DNA from: a virus
Reading direction: 5' to 3' (one strand)
IMG/VR virus record: IMGVR_UViG_3300048686_000449
Span: 1 to 64,000 of that record
DNA: 64,000 nucleotides
Each line of letters opens with the position of its first letter. The stretch's first letter is position 1. Of the stretch, positions 18,913 through 26,724 are shown piece after piece. The position numbers and the translations under genes are program-made. The notes beneath the pieces were generated by a model. It saw only the letters and a list, made by a program, of their open reading frames with translations, did not search any database and was not told the origin of the DNA.

Positions 18913-18920
18913 TATTTATA
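18913..18920 (-). promoter_or_regulatory. T4-type late promoter (TATAAATA) heading the curli operon
   Basis: Exact TATAAATA on the minus strand a few nt upstream of ATG 18907. Confidence 0.7.
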
Positions 18921-19126
18921 GTCTACTAGAACTACCAATTACCGCACAGATTCGCTTCCGTAAGGAATTGATGGTTCTCCCTCGCAAAGTCCGCTGTGTA
19001 CACAGAGATGAGATTCCAGAGATTCATCTTCATCTTTCATCACGAAACAATGAAGAACAATCAAAAGCACAAATGATATGACAATCACACCTGAAATTAA
19101 TAGTAGTTTTTTAATCATAAATTCTC

Positions 19127-19975
19127 CTAAAATTCTTGAATACATTCTACTAACCTGGTACATTTACAAGCAATCAAATATGACAAGAACTCTTGCATGG
19201 TGGCGGGTTTGATGCGTTCAAAGGCTTCCTGAATCTGTGTTGCTACAGAGTCAGGAATCTTAGATAAATCAATTAATTGTTCATTTCGTTTATAATTACG
19301 CAACAGATCAGAGGAGAGCGCACTGACAGGCTGTTCCATCATCTCTGCTAAACGCTTTTGTGTCATTGGCTTCTGTCTGGTTCCCTTCACAAACGTATCA
19401 TCGGCTGAGAGAATATTAGGAATCCCATCACCCTTATCACCCGTCAGAATGAGTTCCTTGAGATATTCTTGAGGGTGTGTTTTACCAATCATTGTCTTTT
19501 TAGCGGGGGAATACTGAACCACTCGCGTACCATATGTATGAAGCTGAATAAAGTCTTTGTCAGATGAGACAATCAGAATTGGTTCATGAGGGGCATACTT
19601 TATGGTTAATATTCCAATGATGTCATCAGCTTCAACTCCATCTAAACGAATCGTTCGATAGGGAAGTGACGCAGGGAACTCAGTCTTCAATGGTTCCAGA
19701 AGTTCAAACACTTTAGACCAATCTTGGCCCGATGATTCACGCTGTTCCTTGCGCTTATACTTGTAATGCGGAAACACATTTTTTCTCCAATAATTGCGAC
19801 CATCCATCGCAATGACTACCTCGGGTCCAAAGGTGCCTTTATGACGGGCGGTGATCGCTCTGATACTATTGAGTATCAAATGTCGGAGAAGATCCGTGCT
19901 CGGCGTCTCTCTCAGAGAGGTCGTCATTTCTAATGCGCAGGAAAATGCCACTCCACTATAATCAAATAGAATCAT
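19127..19975 (-). CDS. rnh: T4-like RNase H / 5'-3' exonuclease
   Basis: YWRK..FPHYK, EADDIIG, SSDKDFIQL, GDKGDGIPN. Confidence 0.93.
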   Translation of the reverse strand: MILFDYSGVAFSCALEMTTSLRETPSTDLLRHLILNSIRAITARHKGTFGPEVVIAMDGRNYWRKNVFPHYKYKRKEQRESSGQDWSKVFELLEPLKTEFPASLPYRTIRLDGVEADDIIGILTIKYAPHEPILIVSSDKDFIQLHTYGTRVVQYSPAKKTMIGKTHPQEYLKELILTGDKGDGIPNILSADDTFVKGTRQKPMTQKRLAEMMEQPVSALSSDLLRNYKRNEQLIDLSKIPDSVATQIQEAFERIKPATMQEFLSYLIACKCTRLVECIQEF

Positions 19976-20241
19976 AACGAAGACTCCTTCTTATCAGATA
20001 CAGGTTTGAATGGGGTAGCTTCTTTGCGCATTTCTCGTTCAATGCGCGAACGTAACACCAAAAACACATGATCAGGCACCTTCTGCCCACAATCACGAAT
20101 GTTGATCAGAATATCGACTGCTTCAGTAGCAGAACAATTATACCAACTATTCTCCATGCCATCATGGATATTATACCCGTAGTCAGTGGCGTAGGCAAAA
20201 ACATCACAATTATTGGACCAACGACAGAGTGCCATTCTCAA
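19972..20241 (-). CDS. Hypothetical protein
   Basis: ORF overlapping both neighbours. Confidence 0.55.
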   Translation of the reverse strand: MRMALCRWSNNCDVFAYATDYGYNIHDGMENSWYNCSATEAVDILINIRDCGQKVPDHVFLVLRSRIEREMRKEATPFKPVSDKKESSL

Positions 20242-20855
20242 ACCTCACAATGCGTTTCTTTCCACTTCAAAGACTTTTCTAATTCTTTATCAAAAATCAT
20301 CAGGAACCGATGTTTTCGAGTACGATCTCTCCATTCACCTTCCAATCCCTTGACAGAACCACGTGAATGCTTGGTGCCATCCGCATAGTAGAAATCTTTC
20401 TTAGGATCGGTGAGTCCATAATATTTGAAATTACATGCACGATAAATCGTTCCAGTATGGCGAGAACTATCCGCATAACTCAGAATCACTCGAACATCCG
20501 ATTCACTACGAAATTTACGAATACAACGACTCACGAACCATGAGGTGATATTGTATTCCGTCTGCTGTAATTCTGGATGAACACAGAGACGTGAGAGTTC
20601 ATAGAGTCCTTCTTGTTGATCTCGTCGAAGACCAAAAGCCCCGACCGCTATTTCTGGCACGGGAATTTTTGTAAAGATACAGACTCCTAGACATTCTCCC
20701 ACGTGTAGAATATCAGTGACGGCATTTCGATATAAGCCATATGAGTAGGGACTAAACTTGAAATCTTTCGATTCATCTTTGAGGTAATGGAAGGTGGTCA
20801 GTAGACCCTTGACCTCAGACTTTTTCACATTATCAATAAAGAACTCAGACTTCAT
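20238..20855 (-). CDS. Mom-like (GNAT-fold) putative DNA modification protein
   Basis: FHYL...ELSRLC...SWFVSRC...ILSYAD...HTGTIYRACNF. Confidence 0.7.
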   Translation of the reverse strand: MKSEFFIDNVKKSEVKGLLTTFHYLKDESKDFKFSPYSYGLYRNAVTDILHVGECLGVCIFTKIPVPEIAVGAFGLRRDQQEGLYELSRLCVHPELQQTEYNITSWFVSRCIRKFRSESDVRVILSYADSSRHTGTIYRACNFKYYGLTDPKKDFYYADGTKHSRGSVKGLEGEWRDRTRKHRFLMIFDKELEKSLKWKETHCEV

Positions 20856-20856
20856 A

Positions 20857-21408
20857 CTACTCTTCGCACGAATAGGTCTGCGTTTGCAATTTGATTTCCG
20901 TAGGCCACTGCGGGTTCTTCACGAATGAACGTTCACACATCAACAGATGATTTGTGGGTTGTACGGTATAACGACCATTTTCGAGAGCCACAAAGGAGAA
21001 CTCTTTGGCTTGTTCAGGTCGAGAGGACCATCCATCATATAGTGGAGCTACAGTGAACAGATAGCGACCTGGATATTCATGTACATTAGCTTGCACCAGA
21101 CACACACTGTCTTTTAAGAACGCATACTCAAGTACAGCAAAGTGATAATCATAACAATCCCATGTCTGAGCATCTTTCGGCGTCCACACCCACTCAGGGT
21201 CTGCTTTCCAGGCTAATGCATGAATAGGCACATTCCGATACACGGCCCCATTCTGAAACAAGACATTACACCCCCAGACTCGTCCAGGATACGAGACTAA
21301 TCCAAACCAGATGCACGGCACAAATCCCTGTGCTTCTTTATAGGTGAACGAGGAATCCACCAGTGCGTATTGATGCACTGGAAGATCACCAATGAACGTG
21401 TATTCCAT
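20857..21408 (-). CDS. Conserved phage hypothetical protein
   Basis: GAVYRNVPIHAL...WDC...YLFTV...QPTN. Confidence 0.6.
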   Translation of the reverse strand: MEYTFIGDLPVHQYALVDSSFTYKEAQGFVPCIWFGLVSYPGRVWGCNVLFQNGAVYRNVPIHALAWKADPEWVWTPKDAQTWDCYDYHFAVLEYAFLKDSVCLVQANVHEYPGRYLFTVAPLYDGWSSRPEQAKEFSFVALENGRYTVQPTNHLLMCERSFVKNPQWPTEIKLQTQTYSCEE

Positions 21409-21412
21409 ATGA

Positions 21413-22510
21413 TTATTTGTGTACTCGTATAATCAGAGTTTCTTTATTCAACCGATTGCGATACTTGGTCGGTTTCGTTGTCAAAGAATCCATCAACTTC
21501 TTCGTAATAGTTTTGCCTCCATTCAAGACTTCTTTCAATGTCTCTTGTGGCTTGCGTAATTTCTTTGAGATACACATCGTTTGACTAGTATTAAACACCG
21601 AGGTGCCTTTGAAAGTTAGACCAGAGGCATCATCTGCAACATGAAGAGTCAATACACGAGTCTTTGTGTGATAAGTCCACGCATAGAGGGCACCCACCAT
21701 TTGCGCAGGTTCTATTGATTTCACCCCCAACTCATCATCGACTGATTGATACTGCACACGCTTGGCAATCTGTTCTGGCAATTTCTTCTTTTTCTTACGA
21801 GGCGACCGCGTCTCCATGGATTCTTTGACAAGCAATAATCCATCCGTCATAATCTGGTCACAATAGTTGGCCAGTTTATTCAGTTCGGGTTTACTAAAGT
21901 TGGAATACGCCTCCCGCATATCAGGATCTGCTGCACTATGAGCAAGGCGATATTCATCGCGAATCTTTTTGAACCAATTAATAATCTGTTGCGCCTGGGG
22001 TCCTTTGATCTGATGTTCGCGCATGATCTTGATTGGCGGTTTTGCAGTCTTGAATTCAGAAAGAATCAATTCATCTAGACAACCTTCCAGTTCCCCAAGA
22101 CACTTGGAAATCTGTTGCTTCATTCGTTCTTGTACACTGACGATGGGTTTCTCAATCTTCACGGATTCTTTCGGTCGATCATTATACGCATCCAACGGCT
22201 TGACGAATGTTTTGAATTCTTCTATTTGGTTCTTCAGCCATCGTTGAGAAGATTCGGGTAATTGGGCTCCGCGCATCTGAATGCGACAGAGATATCCTAC
22301 ATTTGGATGATAGGTAATAAATCCAAGAACAGAATCTTGATCGTATTCAATCTGTTGACTTTTTAGATACTCGTTAAAATACTTGGCTGACATATCTGAT
22401 GTGTAATTGGCGGCATACCAATTCAATAAACTAATGAGTTGATTCTTCGTTAGTTCAGCAGTCAACGTAGGAATCTGAGGCTCCGATGACTTATATGAAG
22501 TCTTACTCAT
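21413..22510 (-). CDS. Conserved T4-like hypothetical protein
   Basis: Start MSKTSY after AAGGGG; C-terminal KKLRKP...RLNKETLII. Confidence 0.65.
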   Translation of the reverse strand: MSKTSYKSSEPQIPTLTAELTKNQLISLLNWYAANYTSDMSAKYFNEYLKSQQIEYDQDSVLGFITYHPNVGYLCRIQMRGAQLPESSQRWLKNQIEEFKTFVKPLDAYNDRPKESVKIEKPIVSVQERMKQQISKCLGELEGCLDELILSEFKTAKPPIKIMREHQIKGPQAQQIINWFKKIRDEYRLAHSAADPDMREAYSNFSKPELNKLANYCDQIMTDGLLLVKESMETRSPRKKKKKLPEQIAKRVQYQSVDDELGVKSIEPAQMVGALYAWTYHTKTRVLTLHVADDASGLTFKGTSVFNTSQTMCISKKLRKPQETLKEVLNGGKTITKKLMDSLTTKPTKYRNRLNKETLIIRVHK

Positions 22511-22718
22511 TGTAGTCCCCTTCAAACGAATTTGATTCACGCACCTGATTGACACGAGATAGAGGATAATGATAGGTGTGTTCGACCTTTTTCTTTTCGT
22601 ATAACCAAGACACTGAGACCACATCATTCGCCACAAATACATTTGTGACATTCGTCAGCGTGACAGGCTCTTTACCGTCATTGAATTCAATCCAGACTGA
22701 ATGTTTCTTCCAGGTCAT
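22503..22718 (-). CDS. Hypothetical protein
   Basis: AGGAGG RBS and a TTGACT-N17-TACAAT promoter upstream. Confidence 0.6.
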   Translation of the reverse strand: MTWKKHSVWIEFNDGKEPVTLTNVTNVFVANDVVSVSWLYEKKKVEHTYHYPLSRVNQVRESNSFEGDYNE

Positions 22719-22766
22719 TATTTCCTCCTTGTACTTATTGTATATGTTTGACCATCAAAAGTCAAA

Positions 22767-23891
22767 TTATTCATAATCACGAATTGCGATACCAACAGGA
22801 AAGATCGGAATGCCATCGTCACTATAATTTTGAAATTTGACAGTCAACATCTTATTCAAATACTTCTTATGATGCTTCCACTGTTCTTGGCGTTCTTCGT
22901 CGGTGCCTTTGCATCGCACCTCAAACTCTTTCTTATCTTTGGTAATACAACGGAAGGTAGCTTTCCCTTCGTCCTTCCCGACACCTTCCTTCGCTCCAAT
23001 AATCTCAAACTCGTTATCCAGAAAGTCTTTGAGCTTGAGCAGCGTGGGTGAACGATACTGAAACCGATACGGTTCTTGACCACCAGACCGCACCATCGTG
23101 CCTTCATAGCCTTGGTACATAAATGTGTCATGACACGCCATGATTTCTTCTTCCGTTTTGGCGAGCCAAGTCGTCACTTTCACAATATGCACATAACTAA
23201 CTAGACGCTCGGCTCGCTCGTGAAATGGCGCATCAATGCAAATATCATAGTTATAGAACTTGACATACTCCTGCAACATCTTCGCATTCTGTTCTTTGTT
23301 CTTATCGTTCTTGATCAATGAGACGAGTTCTTGAAAGGAAATCTTCTGATGACAATAGAGTTCACCATCCAGAATCTCGCCGTCTTTCATTACTTTCAAT
23401 GCGTCTTCTTTGATATGATCCAGTGTCGTAAACTGTTTGCCACCACGAGAATGAAAGATAATTTCGTCGCCATTGCGTTCCATCAAACAGCGCACACCAT
23501 TGAGCTTTGGTTGAACATACACTGGCCACACCAAATCGTGCTTGCGATCTTCATACTTCAGTGCCAGCATCGGTAAGCGTGAGCCCGTTGTCTTAGACGG
23601 CGCAACAGTCAGCAGACTTGAGCGATCCTGAACATAACCTTTGTCCTGTTTCTTATTCCAGAAGGCTTCTGCTTCAAGTCGGGCTTGTTCAGCCGCCGTC
23701 GTCTCATTACTGCGCCCGATGTTTTTACCTGCTTTGATTTTGCGAATGGTTTGTTGTTGTTTGCCATTTTGAATTCCATGGTGAATAATAATGTGAGATT
23801 CGTTCTTGTGGTCTTCTACGGCAATCGACCACACTTTGATTGTTCCGTGGGAGGCACGTCCATACAGAACAGGATAGGTCGTGGTGCTCAT
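22767..23891 (-). CDS. ATP-dependent DNA ligase
   Basis: PMLA, QPKLNGVR, LDGELY, EGTMVR, LLKLK, PIFPV. Confidence 0.92.
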   Translation of the reverse strand: MSTTTYPVLYGRASHGTIKVWSIAVEDHKNESHIIIHHGIQNGKQQQTIRKIKAGKNIGRSNETTAAEQARLEAEAFWNKKQDKGYVQDRSSLLTVAPSKTTGSRLPMLALKYEDRKHDLVWPVYVQPKLNGVRCLMERNGDEIIFHSRGGKQFTTLDHIKEDALKVMKDGEILDGELYCHQKISFQELVSLIKNDKNKEQNAKMLQEYVKFYNYDICIDAPFHERAERLVSYVHIVKVTTWLAKTEEEIMACHDTFMYQGYEGTMVRSGGQEPYRFQYRSPTLLKLKDFLDNEFEIIGAKEGVGKDEGKATFRCITKDKKEFEVRCKGTDEERQEQWKHHKKYLNKMLTVKFQNYSDDGIPIFPVGIAIRDYE

Positions 23892-24069
23892 TATTTCACC
23901 TCAAACGCATCAGCCCAATCACCAGGCTCTGCGACAATGGAACCGCAGAACTCACACGAAGTGGTCAGTGAGTCATCCTCTGCGTATTCACCGAGCACAG
24001 GTTCCTGACATTTAACACAGAAGAACACAGGCGTATAGTGATCTAAGAACGTAGCCATCATTTACTCCT

Positions 24070-24285
24070 TTAGGTAGTGATTTTTGGATTCAATTGTTTG
24101 AGCCAGTCTCTGGTCACTAATTGGTAAGATGACTTATTTCCGCACGCCACAGGAAACACTCGCTGCTTCGCAACCTTGTCACCACAAGACAAGCAATCAC
24201 GATAACCGAGTTCCCAGCGTTTGGGATGAACCTCATACAGCGAACATTTGACGCAATAGTGTTTCACAATTCCTCCTTTCATCAT
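24070..24285 (-). CDS. Zinc-finger protein (DksA/TraR C4-like)
   Basis: CVKC...R...CLSC. Confidence 0.55.
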   Translation of the reverse strand: MMKGGIVKHYCVKCSLYEVHPKRWELGYRDCLSCGDKVAKQRVFPVACGNKSSYQLVTRDWLKQLNPKITT

Positions 24286-24367
24286 ATAGAAGAATTATAC
24301 TGTATTCGATATGAAAAGTCAAGCATTATTTTTGAGGGGAAAGATGAAGAAAATCAAGAGGTTAGAG

Positions 24368-24443
24368 TGGCGAATTCGCGAGGATTTGAACCTCGACCCT
24401 TAGTTTTGGAGACTAAGATGCTACCATTACACCACGAACTCGC
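24368..24443 (-). tRNA. trnW: tRNA-Trp(CCA)
   Basis: Cloverleaf; anticodon arm TTAGT-CT-CCA-AA-ACTAA, GGTTCAAATCC, encoded CCA. Confidence 0.93.
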
Positions 24444-24463
24444 AAAGAGAAAACATAAAATGA

Positions 24464-24549
24464 CTAAATAGATGTGGGTCGCGATGTTATCAGCATCCAC
24501 CCACTCTAACACTATAGATTTAGGAGGAGTGCCAGCTATGTCTATTTAT
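24464..24549 (+). repeat. Endonuclease-associated structured element, copy A
   Basis: TAAATAGATGTGGGTCGCGATG...CATCCACCCACTCTAACAC...GGAGTG.CAGC..ATGTCTATTTA, shared with 55633-55720. Confidence 0.85.
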
Positions 24550-24593
24550 TCTACTAAAACTTATTCATTCGCATATCTCACGAGAGGTGGGAT

Positions 24594-25307
24594 ATGAACT
24601 ACAAAAAAGTTTACTTCTCTTTGATTGAGAAACGAAAAACCACTCCAGTTTTGGGATATTCCGAATCTCACCATATCACACCAAGAAGTCTAGGAGGTTC
24701 AGACGCTCCAGATAACATCGTTGAATTGACGGCGAGGGAGCACTTCTTCGCTCATCTACTTCTCACAAAAATACACAAAAGAGGTCCGGCGAAATATAAG
24801 ATGGTCAGAGCTTTTATTATGATGCTTTGTGTTGCGGGTCAAAATCAACAGAGATATATCTCATCAAAAAGATATGACCAATTACGAAAACAATTTTCTA
24901 TTGCGCAATCATTATCACAATCAGGCGAAAGAAATTCTCAGTTCGGAACTTGTTGGGTCGTTCACGATCTATTCGGTCCAAAAAGAATAGAAAAATCCCT
25001 ATTCTGTGAATATGTAGAACAGGGATGGTATCTTGGAAGAACTTTCAATTATATACAAGAAAAGAAAACGTCAGTTCAGATAAAAGAAAGAAGAAAACAA
25101 AAAACTCTAAAAAAGTATCCCAATCTTGATGAGTGGTATCGCATATATGATGCGAAAGGATTTGAAGAATTTGTTAGAATTACTGGATACCCTCATTCAA
25201 AACCTAATTTGGTTACGTTATTCGCAAAATATGTTCCGTCTTTTGTCCCACAAAATAGAAAAAGAAGAGGTTGGCTGGCGGGGCAGGCTTCGATCCTGCG
25301 ACATTAG
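24594..25307 (+). CDS. HNH homing endonuclease, antisense within the tRNA cluster
   Basis: ESHHITPRSLGGSDAPDNIVELTAREHFFAHLLL; GERNSQFGTCW; AT-rich. Confidence 0.88.
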   Translation: MNYKKVYFSLIEKRKTTPVLGYSESHHITPRSLGGSDAPDNIVELTAREHFFAHLLLTKIHKRGPAKYKMVRAFIMMLCVAGQNQQRYISSKRYDQLRKQFSIAQSLSQSGERNSQFGTCWVVHDLFGPKRIEKSLFCEYVEQGWYLGRTFNYIQEKKTSVQIKERRKQKTLKKYPNLDEWYRIYDAKGFEEFVRITGYPHSKPNLVTLFAKYVPSFVPQNRKRRGWLAGQASILRH

Positions 25308-25348
25308 GAGTAACAATCCTACGTTCGTACCATCTGAGCTACCCGACA
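25272..25348 (-). tRNA. trnN: tRNA-Asn(GTT)
   Basis: Anticodon arm TAGGA-TT-GTT-AC-TCCTA, discriminator G plus CCA; atypical T-loop ATCGAAG and one acceptor mismatch. Confidence 0.8.
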
Positions 25349-25365
25349 TCAGCACATCTTATAAT

Positions 25366-25440
25366 TGGTAGCGGGGGCTGGAATCGCACCAGCGACCTTT
25401 AGGTTATGAGCCTAACGAGCTACTCCTGCTCCACCCCGCT
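25366..25440 (-). tRNA. trnM: tRNA-Met(CAT)
   Basis: AGCGGGG/CCCCGCT acceptor, anticodon arm TTAGG-CT-CAT-AA-CCTAA, ACCA end; T-loop TGCGATT. Confidence 0.85.
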
Positions 25441-25465
25441 ATATTATATCTACAGACGCACTATT

Positions 25466-25617
25466 TAGTGGAATGGTGTTGGACTTGATACCAACTCTGG
25501 ACAGCCGCCGTTCTTCCAGACAAGTAGCCGAGGTGTTAAGCGGTATCCCGCAATCCACCTGTGCTTGCGCTCGATTCGTCGGTCTTCTATAGCACGTCCT
25601 TCCGTGCTGCCCATTCC
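25466..25617 (-). ncRNA. tRNA-like RNA with a large inserted domain
   Basis: GGAATGG/CCATTCC acceptor stem, AGCA-CGGAAGGACG-TGCT D-like arm, GTTGG-TATCAAGT-CCAAC T-like arm, multi-stem insert. Confidence 0.6.
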
Positions 25618-25623
25618 ATTTTC

Positions 25624-25821
25624 TTAGAAATGCGTCACTTTCTGTAGCACATCCAAGACCGCTTGAACCTGTGGATTTGATTCCAACATCGCCAAGGCTG
25701 CGTCAAGTTCATCCAATCGCCTCTTCACATCAGCCCGTTCATTCTTCAATCGTTCTGTCATTGTCGGACGATAGCAATCAACTGCCTTCGCAGGAACCTT
25801 AGCATCATACTCATAACTCAT
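25624..25821 (-). CDS. Hypothetical protein
   Basis: AAGGAG RBS; coiled coil. Confidence 0.55.
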   Translation of the reverse strand: MSYEYDAKVPAKAVDCYRPTMTERLKNERADVKRRLDELDAALAMLESNPQVQAVLDVLQKVTHF

Positions 25822-26031
25822 TGGAATCTCCTTTGTTAGTTTTTCTGAACCGTCTTATCTAGTATTGCCAATTTAATGTTACAAGAGGAAGAGAAATAGC
25901 AATGACAGCACTCGTGGTCGCAAGTCCATAGTATTCAAAACTCACGAAAATACCAGCAAGAGACGCAATTCCTGTAACGATTAGCACATCTATCACATAG
26001 CCCCACTGAATCGTCATCGTATTTCTCACTG

Positions 26032-26355
26032 TTACAAGTAATGCCCACCTTTATTTTTGGGGGCTTCTATTAGCGTGGCCAGTTTTGCGAGATCCCACAG
26101 ATCCACACGCCCCAACGGAATATAGGAATTACATTCGTGAATATCATTCTCGACCACTCGATCAATCTTGCGACAAAACACTGTCATCTCATTCCGATAT
26201 TTGCGAATATGAATATGCCCACTCTTACACTGTTCGCAGAGATTATGCGGTTTATTCTTGAAGATGATCTTCGACCGATTACTATCAGTCAGAGCATCCC
26301 CGACCGCATTCACCTGATCATAGATCTGTTCTGTCTCTTCGGTGTCTCTCATCAT
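26032..26355 (-). CDS. Cys-containing hypothetical protein
   Basis: CEQC...C...C. Confidence 0.55.
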   Translation of the reverse strand: MMRDTEETEQIYDQVNAVGDALTDSNRSKIIFKNKPHNLCEQCKSGHIHIRKYRNEMTVFCRKIDRVVENDIHECNSYIPLGRVDLWDLAKLATLIEAPKNKGGHYL

Positions 26356-26520
26356 TCCTCTGATGGCTGGTGTCTTTCAATTTTGACTGCGTTGATTCCA
26401 TCACAATAGACGTAAATAAACTCACCAGGAATAATTGGAATACCTAATGCCTTGAGAATATCTTTCTGATCATAAATGAGAATGGTAGAACGCTGTATTG
26501 TTCTTGGTTTTATTTTGTTA

Positions 26521-26721
26521 TTAGTAGCCATTTCGTTTCCACTCGTGCTGACAAAAAGGACATCGCCACGCCACGGTACAATCTTCTGTCATATCATAGA
26601 TGCCAATCACCGTGCTCCAATGCGTCTTATCACCATAATATCCCGCATCAATATACTCTTGAGGAATCGGATCACCTTGAAAGGACACAAGACAATTGGG
26701 GCACGATGTGGGATCACTCAT
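26521..26721 (-). CDS. Zinc-ribbon protein
   Basis: CPNC...WRCPFC. Confidence 0.6.
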   Translation of the reverse strand: MSDPTSCPNCLVSFQGDPIPQEYIDAGYYGDKTHWSTVIGIYDMTEDCTVAWRCPFCQHEWKRNGY

Positions 26722-26724
26722 TTC

